Source of the DNA: an uncultured Chloroflexia bacterium | GTDB lineage: Bacteria > Chloroflexota > Limnocylindria > Limnocylindrales > CSP1-4 | Direction: 5' to 3' | Assembly: GCA_963707215.1 (NCBI GenBank) | Contig: CAVPPB010000002.1 | Coordinates: 64,001-128,000 of the forward strand | DNA: 64,000 nucleotides | Shown here: one piece after another, positions 41,587 to 50,095 of the stretch | Layout: the number at the start of each line of letters is the position of its first letter | How positions within the stretch are numbered: position 1 is the stretch's first letter | Notes under the pieces: model-generated | Told to the model about the DNA's origin: nothing | The model's database searches: none | The model's input: only the letters and a program-made list of their open reading frames with translations | Program-made: the position numbers and the translations under genes

Positions 41587-42024
41587 GTGAACCTCTGGTC
41601 GCTCGCGGCTCTCGGCTGGACGGCGCGTAGCTGTCTGGACGCGCAGCTCTACTACGCGAACGCCCTCACGGTGCGTGACGAGATCATGGGTCTGGTCGCG
41701 GATCCGGACACGCCGGTCAGGGCCATCCTCATCGACGCCGCGGCCCAGGCTGGCCTGGACATCACGGGCTCGGACATGCTGAAGGGCCTCGTCAGCCGGT
41801 TGCGCAAGCGAGGTATCGATGTGGACTTCGCCGATGTCCGCCAGCCGGTCCTGGGGTTTGCGGCTCGGACGAACCTGCTTGAGCTGATCGGGGAGGACCA
41901 CCTGTTCCCGACCATCCAAGCCGCCGTCGACCGGATCGAAGCACCGTCTCGGACCGGTCAAGCAACCACCACCCGATCCAGCACCGAGAGGCCCGCGCCG
42001 ACACAGGAAGGGAGTCATCGATGA
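41587..42024 (+). pseudogene. orphan STAS domain, probable 3' remnant of a SulP gene
   Basis: LDAQLYYANA..RAILIDAAAQAGLDITGSDML..IGEDHLFPTIQAAV matches the SulP STAS domains in this window; no TM domain and no clear RBS. Confidence 0.65.
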
Positions 42025-42575
42025 GCTCGAATCACCCGATCGAGACGATCGCCGAGGCCCGGCGGACCAGCCTTGGGCTGTACGTCACGAGCAAGGAGGC
42101 GTACGACATGTGGCAGGCGGACCCCAGCCTCAGGATCCTCGACGTCCGCACGCCGGAGGAGTACGTCTTCGTCGGCCACGCGCCCATGGCCACCAACGTC
42201 CCCTTCGCGCTCCAGACCTACGAATGGGACCCCGAGCAGAGTGCGCTGCGCTGGGAGCTCAACCCGGACTTCGTGACGGCGGTGAAGGCTTGGGCCAGGA
42301 CCGATGAGACCCTCCTCGTCTCATGCCGGTCGGGGGGCCGCAGCGCGAAGGCGATCGACATGCTCGCGGCGGCCGGCTACACGAACCTCTTCAACGTCCT
42401 CGATGGCATGGAGGGAAGCAAGATCGAGGACCGCGACAGCGTCTTCGACGGCGTGCGGATGAAGAACGGCTGGAAGAACTCCGGGCTGCCCTGGACGTAC
42501 GAGATCGATCCCAGCCGGATGAAGCTGCCACCTCGGCAGAGCCGGACGTTCGTGGCCGGGAGCGAGCACGACTGA
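42021..42575 (+). CDS. single-domain rhodanese/sulfurtransferase
   Basis: ILDVRTPEEY..GH, active loop CRSGGRS, NVLDGMEG, GWKNSGLPW. Confidence 0.92.
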   Translation: MSSNHPIETIAEARRTSLGLYVTSKEAYDMWQADPSLRILDVRTPEEYVFVGHAPMATNVPFALQTYEWDPEQSALRWELNPDFVTAVKAWARTDETLLVSCRSGGRSAKAIDMLAAAGYTNLFNVLDGMEGSKIEDRDSVFDGVRMKNGWKNSGLPWTYEIDPSRMKLPPRQSRTFVAGSEHD

Positions 42576-42604
42576 GCGGTCGCCTTGCAGCGGCCAGCGT
42601 TCTC

Positions 42605-43261
42605 CTACGCGGCCCCCCGGGTCCGGCCGAGGCGAACGAGCGGGAGCGCCAGCAACAGTGCCGTCGCCGCCACGTAGAGGCCGACGGCGACGAACGGCGC
42701 GATCAATGCGAAGGCGATGGCGACGATCCAGATAACGTTCGAGATCCTGCGCTGGCGGGTCATCGCCGCGAGCGTCTCGTCGGCCACCTCGTCCAGCAGC
42801 AGCGTCTGATCTCCGACGAGATAGGCCATGAGGAAGGTCAGCATCAGCGATGCAGCCAGCACGTTGATCCCGTAGATGAGGACGGCGACCGCGACGTCGG
42901 GGCCGGTGAGGTTGCCCACCATCAGACTGGTCGTGAACGGGATGACGGCGACGAGGAGCAGGAACAGCAGGTTGATCCCGGCCACGAGTCCGTCACTCCG
43001 CTGCATGAGCTTGGTCGTCCGCGCATGGGAGACCCAGCTGCCGCCGATGAACGCGAAGCTCATGAGATAGCCCAGGAACTCCGGCCATTGCTCGACGAGG
43101 GTCGGGAGCAGTGCCTCGGGTCCCACCGGGACCGTCAGCTCGAGGACGAGCAGGGTGATCGCGATCGCGAAGACGCCATCGGAGAAGGCGTCGAGGCGGT
43201 CGAGCGGTAGGGCGTCGGCAGGACGACGCTTCCGGTCGCCCGCGACGTCTCGGTCAGTCAT
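42605..43261 (-). CDS. TMEM175-family (DUF1211) putative K+ channel
   Basis: Signature RLDAFSDGVFAIAITLLVLEL, W..H, N..FL....PF.T; 6 TM. Confidence 0.88.
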   Translation of the reverse strand: MTDRDVAGDRKRRPADALPLDRLDAFSDGVFAIAITLLVLELTVPVGPEALLPTLVEQWPEFLGYLMSFAFIGGSWVSHARTTKLMQRSDGLVAGINLLFLLLVAVIPFTTSLMVGNLTGPDVAVAVLIYGINVLAASLMLTFLMAYLVGDQTLLLDEVADETLAAMTRQRRISNVIWIVAIAFALIAPFVAVGLYVAATALLLALPLVRLGRTRGAA

Positions 43262-43562
43262 GGCACATCTCCTCGTCGCGGGTCGGGCCAACACGATCGC
43301 GGACCGAGTCTACGTGAGCCCGAGCGGCAGCCTCCCACCCTGGGTGCAGGCGCTCGAACGGGATCCGAGCGCCCGGGCATCAGGGCCCGAGCGCTCGGTC
43401 CGATGGGGCCGGACACGCCGGCTCAGCCGGGCGGTGGGCGCTCTCAGTCCGACTCGGCCTCGGCTTCCTCAGCCGCGAGGACGGTGGCGAGCGCCTCTTC
43501 GGCAGCTTCCGGGCATAGCGCCACAGGGTGGTCCGGGTCAGAGGGCCGCCCACTCCCGGCGG

Positions 43563-43868
43563 TCAGCCGCCCAGGAGCTTGGCCTTGGCAGCCGCGAACT
43601 CCTCGTCGGTGAGGACGCCGGCGGTGTGCAGGTCGCCGAGCTGCTTGAGCTGCTCCATGTCGATCCCGGCTGCCGGCGCGGCCGGGGCAGGAGCGGGAGC
43701 CGCGGCGGCGGCCTGCTGCTCGTAGGCGGCCTGCTGCTGGGCCTGCTGCTCGGCCGCCTGGTTGGCGTACTTCTGCTGCTGGTGGTGGCTGACGGCCCCG
43801 GCGGTGCCGGCGACCACCGCCGTCGTCGCTGCCGCCCGGACGAGAGGTCGTCCGCGTCGTCGCATCAT
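43563..43868 (-). CDS. SHOCT-domain protein
   Basis: N-terminal RAAATTAVVAGTAGAVS, Gln/Ala/Pro linker, C-terminal QLKQLGDLHTAGVLTDEEFAAAKAKLLG; AAGGAG RBS. Confidence 0.9.
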   Translation of the reverse strand: MMRRRGRPLVRAAATTAVVAGTAGAVSHHQQQKYANQAAEQQAQQQAAYEQQAAAAAPAPAPAAPAAGIDMEQLKQLGDLHTAGVLTDEEFAAAKAKLLGG

Positions 43869-43925
43869 GATGGTCTGGTCTCCTTGGCTTGCTCTGGGGG
43901 GTCTGGACGATCCGGTCCGGTCGGG

Positions 43926-44354
43926 TCAGCCGGCGGCCTCGAGCTCGGCGCTGACCTCCTCGAGGACCTCGGGCGGGATGACGACCCGGTCGACGAGGAA
44001 GCCGCCCTTGGCCGCGATCGCCTCCTTGAGGTCGACGGCCCAGCGATGCTCGAAGAGCATGGCCAGCCCCGCGGTGTCCGGCGGCAGCGAGAGGGCGATC
44101 GCCTCGAGGTCCTCCGGCGTGAAGAGGCCCATCCGGCCGTCGAGGAGCGGGGCGAACGAGGCGAAGCGCGGGTCGTCCTTGGCGTCGAGCTCGAGGATGA
44201 CCGCGCCGCCGTCGGCCGCTCGCCCGACGAAGACGACGTCGACGAGCCGGATGATGCCCTGGTCGACGACCTCACCGAGCTCCCGGGCGATGCTCCCGTC
44301 GAACTGGGTGCCCTCGAAGCCGATGACGATGTATTCCAGCGGGCCGAGTGTCAT
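43926..44354 (-). CDS. DUF6325-like protein (paralog 3)
   Basis: LGPLEYIVIGFEG..FDGSI..GIIRLVD, LPPDTAGLAMLFEHRWA..AKGG; AGGAGG RBS. Confidence 0.85.
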   Translation of the reverse strand: MTLGPLEYIVIGFEGTQFDGSIARELGEVVDQGIIRLVDVVFVGRAADGGAVILELDAKDDPRFASFAPLLDGRMGLFTPEDLEAIALSLPPDTAGLAMLFEHRWAVDLKEAIAAKGGFLVDRVVIPPEVLEEVSAELEAAG

Positions 44355-44529
44355 GGATGGCCTCCTGCCTGTGCAGCCCGTCCCTCGACCAGGGCCCTGC
44401 GGCTGCGAGCGTTCATGGTCGACACGACCCCTTCCGGGTGCCCCGAGTGGCGACCCCGCAAGTGCGAACCGGGCTTCCCGACCGGGGACGGTCGCGTGCG
44501 AGCACAGTCGCCCAACGTCCGTGCCGGCG

Positions 44530-44547
44530 CATCCCCCCGGAGGGAGG
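44530..44547. promoter_or_regulatory. palindromic MalT-box-like site
   Basis: CATCCC-N6-GGGAGG, between the divergent DUF6325 and MalT-like genes. Confidence 0.5.
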
Positions 44548-44697
44548 AGCTGCCCATCCCCGTCCGAGTCGGCGGCTCTGGACCACCGCGCCTCGCTCGG
44601 CTAGCCTTCTCAGGGATGGATGGAGTGTCCCGGTGCTGGACCCTGCGGAGGATCCGGCTTGCGCACGCTGCCTGACGCCTCCGTGCCTCAGCCGGAG

Positions 44698-46962
44698 ATG
44701 CTCCGTCCCATAGCGCTCGACCCGGGTGAGCAGCCCCGCTCCGGCGCCCCCGGTCTCATGGAGGCCAAGCTCACGCCGCCTCGCCCCCGTGCAAGGACGG
44801 TGCGCCGGACGAGGCTCCTCCGCCGAGTCCGCGTCGCTCGAGATCTGCGGGTCCTCTCGATCGTCGCCCCGGCCGGCTACGGCAAGACGAGCCTCCTGGT
44901 CCAACTGGCGCGCCAGGCCCCTGACGCCACCGCCTGGCTGACGGCCGACGACGGTGACAACGATCCTGTCGTGTTCCTCACGAATCTGGCGTCAGCGATC
45001 GACCGGATCGTGCCCGTGGACGCAGGGGTCTTCGACGCGATCGTGTCTCCGCACCTGTCGGAGCGGGCTGCGGTCGGACGCCTTCTGGGCGCGATGTCCG
45101 GACGAGCCGAGCCCTCGATCGTCGCGATCGACGATGCGGACCGGATCATCGACCGCGCCTGCCTCGATGGCCTTGCCGAGTTCATCACCTACCTGCCTGA
45201 CGGGTGGCAGGTGATGATCGCCGGTCGGCGGCCAGCCGGCCTGCCCTTCCCTCGCTGGCAGATCGACGGATCGATGCTCGAGATCGGCCCTCGTGACCTC
45301 GCGATGGACGAGACGGAGGCGTCCAGCCTGGGCCGCCACCTCGGGCTCGCGCTCGAAGCCGAAACGGTGTCGCGGTTGACGCGGGATACGGAGGGTTGGC
45401 CAGCGCTGCTCGCGCTTGCCGCCCTGGAGGCCATCCGATCGCCGCGGCTCGATGGCGGCAGCGATGACCGCACCGAACCGACCCGAGGCCGGCACATGAC
45501 CGACTACCTTCGGTCCGAAGTGCTCGAGTCCCGCTCCGGAACGGAGGTCGAGTTCCTGACCCGCACCTCGATCCTCGAGCGCCTTTCCGGCCCGGTCTGC
45601 GCCACGGTCACCGGCCTGTCGGGATCTACGGACATCCTGGCCGGCCTCGCGCGATCGACCCTGCTCATCGACGAATACGGCGCGTCCTATCGCTACCACA
45701 GCCTTCTCCGCGACTTCCTGCGCGCCGAGCTGGCGGAGCGCGAGCCGGATCGGGTCGCCGAGCTGCACCGCCGGGCCGCGGCATGGTACAAGGCCGACGG
45801 CGCCCTTGATCTCGCGGTCGACCACGCGTTCGCGGCCGCCGATCCCGATCTCGCCGCGAACCTGGCGGGCCAGGGGATGGCTCGATACCACTGGTCGGGG
45901 CGGCGCGCAACCGTGAGATCGTGGTTCACGCGGTTCGACGACGAGGCCCTCGGGCGGCAGCCATGGCTCGCCGTCCTCGCCGCCTGGGAGGAGCTCGCGG
46001 CTGGCGACGTCGTTGCGACCGAGCGGCTGGCGGACATCGCCGACCGCGGGAAGTCCGAGGGACGGCCCCCCGACGGGACCGCTTCGTTCGAGTCAGGGCG
46101 CGCGATGCTGCGGGCCGTGATGGTGCGCAGGGGTGCGGCGGATGCGCTGGAGAATGCCACCCGGGCGGCGGAGCTGGAGACGGCCGGCAGTCCCTGGCGT
46201 GACTTCGCGCTCTGGACACTGGCCACGACCCGGCGGACCCTGGGTGACGAGGAGGGCGCGGACGCGGCGCTCGCGGATGCAGTCGCCGCCGCGCGATCGG
46301 CCGGCAACGATGGGCTCTGCTACTGCCTGCTCGGGCACCGCTCGCTGCTGGCCATCGAGCGGCACGACCTAACGGCTGGCGCTGCGTTCGCGGCCGAAGC
46401 TCGTTCGATCGGGGCGTCCCGGAGCGTGGATGGCTACCTTTCCTCAGTCCTCGCTCGCGCCGCCGCCATCAGGATCGCCGTCGACCGCGGCGACATCGCG
46501 GCCGCGCGCGCGCAGCTTGCCGGGGTCGTGGGACTGCGACCGCTGCTGACGGCCGCGGCGCCCGCGCTGGCCGTCATGTCGCTCATGAGCCTCGCCCGGG
46601 CCCATCTCGTTGTGGATGACCCGGGCGGCGCGCGCGCTTTGCTGGTACAGGCCGGCCACGTGATCCGCCAGCGTCCCGACCTCGGGGTCCTGCCCGACGA
46701 GGTAGCGGCGCTCCGCACGGAAGTCGCCGCGCGCCCGTTCGCCCTCGGTGGCGCCACGACCCTGACGACCGCCGAGCTCCGCGTGCTGGCGCTGCTGCCC
46801 TACTACCTGTCCTTCAAGGAGATCGGACAGCGGCTCGGCACCCGGTCGAGCACCGTGAAGACGCATGCGCTGTCGATCTACGGCAAGCTCGGCGCCTCCT
46901 CCCGGAGCGAGGCGGTCGATCTGGCTGTCCAGGCGGGCCTCCTTGAACGCTTCCCGCGGTAG
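44698..46962 (+). CDS. MalT-type STAND ATPase / LuxR-HTH transcriptional regulator
   Basis: EAKLTPP, Walker A APAGYGKTS, DNDP..F, TEGWPA, YRYHSLLRDFL, ELHRRAAAWY, HTH LTTAELRVL..TVKTH..IYGKLGASSRSEAV. Confidence 0.92.
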   Translation: MLRPIALDPGEQPRSGAPGLMEAKLTPPRPRARTVRRTRLLRRVRVARDLRVLSIVAPAGYGKTSLLVQLARQAPDATAWLTADDGDNDPVVFLTNLASAIDRIVPVDAGVFDAIVSPHLSERAAVGRLLGAMSGRAEPSIVAIDDADRIIDRACLDGLAEFITYLPDGWQVMIAGRRPAGLPFPRWQIDGSMLEIGPRDLAMDETEASSLGRHLGLALEAETVSRLTRDTEGWPALLALAALEAIRSPRLDGGSDDRTEPTRGRHMTDYLRSEVLESRSGTEVEFLTRTSILERLSGPVCATVTGLSGSTDILAGLARSTLLIDEYGASYRYHSLLRDFLRAELAEREPDRVAELHRRAAAWYKADGALDLAVDHAFAAADPDLAANLAGQGMARYHWSGRRATVRSWFTRFDDEALGRQPWLAVLAAWEELAAGDVVATERLADIADRGKSEGRPPDGTASFESGRAMLRAVMVRRGAADALENATRAAELETAGSPWRDFALWTLATTRRTLGDEEGADAALADAVAAARSAGNDGLCYCLLGHRSLLAIERHDLTAGAAFAAEARSIGASRSVDGYLSSVLARAAAIRIAVDRGDIAAARAQLAGVVGLRPLLTAAAPALAVMSLMSLARAHLVVDDPGGARALLVQAGHVIRQRPDLGVLPDEVAALRTEVAARPFALGGATTLTTAELRVLALLPYYLSFKEIGQRLGTRSSTVKTHALSIYGKLGASSRSEAVDLAVQAGLLERFPR

Positions 46963-46970
46963 ACCAGCGG

Positions 46971-46988
46971 CCTCCGCCATCACGGAGG
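46971..46988. promoter_or_regulatory. palindromic MalT-box-like site
   Basis: CCTCCG-N6-CGGAGG right after the regulator stop, upstream of the CMD-like gene. Confidence 0.5.
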
Positions 46989-47007
46989 ATGCGACCGGAC
47001 CAGGTGC

Positions 47008-47424
47008 GTGATGGAGTGGCGAGGACCAGTCATCGCAGCCGGGTGCAGTGTGTCGCGGACGATCACCAGCGAGGAAATCCTCCGGAGGCTGACCGTCGGG
47101 GACCGAGCGTACTGCCGGACCGTCATGTCGAGCGGTGCGGACGACCCGCTTCCCCCGCTCGACGCGCGCAGCGTGGCGCTGCTTCGCCTCGGCTGGTCGA
47201 TCACCGGCGGTTCCGTGAGCCCGATGTGGCAGCGGCGTGTCGGCGAAGCCCTCGACGCGGGACTGACCTTCGACGAGATCGTCGGGTCGCTCCTTGCTCT
47301 CGCGCCGATCATCGGGCTCGATCGGGTCGTGGCGATCGCTCCGCACCTGGCGCGAGCGCTCGGCTATGACGTCGACGCAGCGCTCGAGGAGCTGGACCCG
47401 GCACCGCCTGGATCAGGGCCGTAG
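47008..47424 (+). CDS. carboxymuconolactone decarboxylase/AhpD-like fold protein (start uncertain)
   Basis: LDARSVALLRLG, ALDAGLTFDEIVGSLLALAPIIG..RVV..AP.LA.ALGYD; no CxxC. Confidence 0.7.
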   Translation: MMEWRGPVIAAGCSVSRTITSEEILRRLTVGDRAYCRTVMSSGADDPLPPLDARSVALLRLGWSITGGSVSPMWQRRVGEALDAGLTFDEIVGSLLALAPIIGLDRVVAIAPHLARALGYDVDAALEELDPAPPGSGP

Positions 47425-47560
47425 CCGAGGGGACGGCAAGCGCTCGGCGCCGGGGAGGCCGATGGAGGCCGGCCAGCGCAGCCGGCTCCCCGGCTCGTGC
47501 GAGATCCGGACCAGGACAGCACGCTCATGTGCGACAGCGGCGATCCGCCGGTCGCACCGG

Positions 47561-49056
47561 TCAGGGCGTGTCGTCGCCCGACCTCCGTCGTCCTCGCTCC
47601 GCCTGGCCCGAGTGATCGGGCCACTCGAAGCCGGCCCAGGGGTCGTAGTCGGGGTCGAGCTGCTCCTGCGTCGGGCGGAGCTCCTCGGGAACGTGGATCA
47701 GGTTCACCCGGATCCGGGTCCAGGTCGTCGAGCGACCGCGCATCGCGTCGACCAGGACGTCCGCGGGCTCGAGGGTACGGCACGACGTCGGGATGGCGGG
47801 TCTTCCAGCGGTCGAGGCCCTCGACGCCTCCTCCTTCCGGGCGGCGCGGGCGATCTCGACCACCGGGACCTGGCTCCGTCGACGCCCGGTCGGGGTCGGG
47901 CGGGTGCCCTTCCAGCTGGGTCGGGCCCACGGCGACGAGCCTTCGAGCCCGGCCCCCGCGTCCCCGGCCTCGACCGCCCGGCGTCGCGCCTCGGCGACCT
48001 CGGGAGGTGGCCCTCCATCGACGCCGCGGCCCTCGTACTCAGCCGGAGCGCGCCGCCGCTTCGACGGCTGCACGCGCGGCGGCTCGCCGGTCTGCTTCGC
48101 GTAGTGGGGCGGCCAGGGGGCATCGCCCAGGCCCTCCGCCTCGTGGCGGGCGGACAGCTCCAGCAGATGCCTCGAGCGAGCCGACCGCATCGTCGATCCC
48201 GGCGCCAGGATCGCCGCGCTCGGCGTACGATCCCCGGGCACCGTGGCCAGCGTGAAGGCTTCGGGCTCGACGTCGGCTACCTCGTCCCAGGTCAGCGGCA
48301 TCGAGACGCGGGCGTCGGGCGTCGGGCGGACCGAGTAGGCCGAGGCCACCGTCCGGTCCTTGGCGTTCTGGTTGTAGTCGAGGAAGACGCCGTGACGCTC
48401 CTCCTTCCACCACTTGCTGGTGGCGATGGACGGCGCGCGGCGCTCCACGTCGCGAGCGAGGGCGAGGGCGGCCCGCCGGACCTCGCGGTAGGTCCAGCGG
48501 CGCTCGATCCGGACGTTGACGTGGATGCCCCGCGACCCGGAGGTCTTGGGCCAGCCGACGAGGCCGACGGCATCAGAGCGCCTCACGGGCGACCAGGGCG
48601 ACCTCGCGGATCTGCGACCAGGGCACGCCGGGGACCGGGTCGAGGTCGACCCGCAGCTCGTCGGGGTGGTCCAGGTCGTCGGCGCGGACCGGATGCGGGT
48701 TCAGGTCGATGCAACCGAGGTTGGCGACCCAGGCCAGCCCGGCCGGCTCGTCGAAGACGACCTCGTCGGCGGTCCGGCCCGAAGGGAAGCGACAGGGTCG
48801 CCACCCGGATGAAGTCCGGCCGCTTCTCCGGTGCGCGCTTCTGGAAGAAGAAGTCGCCCTCGACGCCATCGACGAACCGCTTCAGGGCCATCGGGCGGTC
48901 GCGGACGCCCCGCAGCGCCCCGTCGCCGACGGCCAGGTAGTAGCCGACCAGGTCGAGCTTGGTGTAGCCGGCCCGCGGGAAGTAGACCTTGTCGGGGTTG
49001 GTGACGGTCACCTCGCGGTCGCCGACCTGCAGGATCTCCGACTTCCTGGTCGCCAT
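47561..49056 (-). CDS. LigD-type primase-polymerase (Prim-PolC-like), frameshifted, with C-terminal extension
   Basis: VTNPDKVYFP, TKLDLVGYY, KRFVDG, FFQKRAP, PDELRVDLDP, KTSGSRGIH, WWKEERHGVFLDYNQNAKDRTVASAYSVR across frames. Confidence 0.9.
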
Positions 49057-49173
49057 GACCGAACGATATCGGACCGGGGAAGCCGTTCCCGCGCTCAGGC
49101 AAGCGCGCGGGAGGGCCAGCACCGGTCTGGCCGCCCGACGCGTACCATCGGCGTGAGACCCGAGGTGACCGCC

Positions 49174-49518
49174 ATGCCAGATGCCACCGTCATCCCCGAC
49201 ATCCGGGCCGAGGTCGAGATCCCGACCGACGGGATCCTCTCCCGGACGGTCCACTCGTCCGAGCGAGCCCGGGTGGTGGTGTTCGGCTTCGATGCCGGCC
49301 AGGAGCTCAGCGAGCACACCGCATCGATGCCGGCGATCATCGAGATCCTCGACGGCGAGGCCGACGTCCTGCTGGGCGACACGCACCACCGGATGGGGCC
49401 CGGGGCCTGGGCCCACATGCCGGCCGGGCTGCGTCATGCCGTCCGGGCGACGTCCCGACTCCGGATGCTCCTCGTCCTGCTTCCCGGTCCCGCGGCTCCC
49501 GACGATCCCGGCACGTAG
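49174..49518 (+). CDS. cupin-domain protein
   Basis: GILSRT, FGFDAGQELSEHTA, ILDGEA, MPAGLRHAVRA. Confidence 0.88.
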   Translation: MPDATVIPDIRAEVEIPTDGILSRTVHSSERARVVVFGFDAGQELSEHTASMPAIIEILDGEADVLLGDTHHRMGPGAWAHMPAGLRHAVRATSRLRMLLVLLPGPAAPDDPGT

Positions 49519-49558
49519 CCCCGAGGCCGCCCTGCCGCGCCGAGGTCCGGGTCGTGGG

Positions 49559-50095
49559 CTAGAGCGCGCCCCCGGCCGCGGCGGGTGCGTCGGCTTCCGT
49601 TTCGGCGGCGCCACCGGCGCCAGCGGTCCGGGCCAGATAGTCCTCGACGAGTAGGATGCTCGACTCCGAGGCGCGCTCGACCGTCCGCAGGAGGGCCGAC
49701 ATGCTGGCGACCTCCTCGACCTGCTCCTTGAGGAACCACTGAAGGAACTGCTCGCCGAGCATGTCTCCGTCTTCGCGGGCGATCCGGACGAGTCCCTGGA
49801 TCTGCTCGGTGACGGTGCGCTCCTGGGTCAGCGCCAGGGCCACCGGCTCGGCCGCGTCGCCGAACGAGGTCCTGGGTGCTTCGACACCGGGGATGACGAC
49901 CTCCTCGCCTGCGTCGAGGAGGTACTGGACAAGCATCATCGCGTGGTTCCGCTCCTCCACGGCCTGGCGGTAGAAGAAGCCGGCCAGCTGGGGGAGCGTC
50001 TCGGCGTCGTAGTAGACGGCGATAGCCACGTACTGCTGCGAGGCGCCGAACTCGTTGGCGACCTGCCCGTTGAGGGCGTCGGTGAAGCGGGACAT
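49559..50095 (-). CDS. ferritin
   Basis: LNGQVANEFGASQQY, QAVEERNHA, ERTVTEQI, FLQWFLKEQVEE ferroxidase residues. Confidence 0.92.
   Translation of the reverse strand: MSRFTDALNGQVANEFGASQQYVAIAVYYDAETLPQLAGFFYRQAVEERNHAMMLVQYLLDAGEEVVIPGVEAPRTSFGDAAEPVALALTQERTVTEQIQGLVRIAREDGDMLGEQFLQWFLKEQVEEVASMSALLRTVERASESSILLVEDYLARTAGAGGAAETEADAPAAAGGAL

Noticed and set aside
43331-43347. Fifth MalT-box-like site upstream of TMEM175 (CCTCCC-N5-GGGTGC)
   Set aside because: Spacing and right half deviate from the other four sites; too weak to call.
44698-46962. MalT-like regulator as controller of the maltodextrin locus at 6-14 kb
   Set aside because: That locus has its own LacI regulator and operators, and the palindromic boxes were seen only around 40-47 kb.
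35257-47561. Mobile element call for the accessory block
   Set aside because: No transposase, integrase, terminal repeats or target duplication found by eye.
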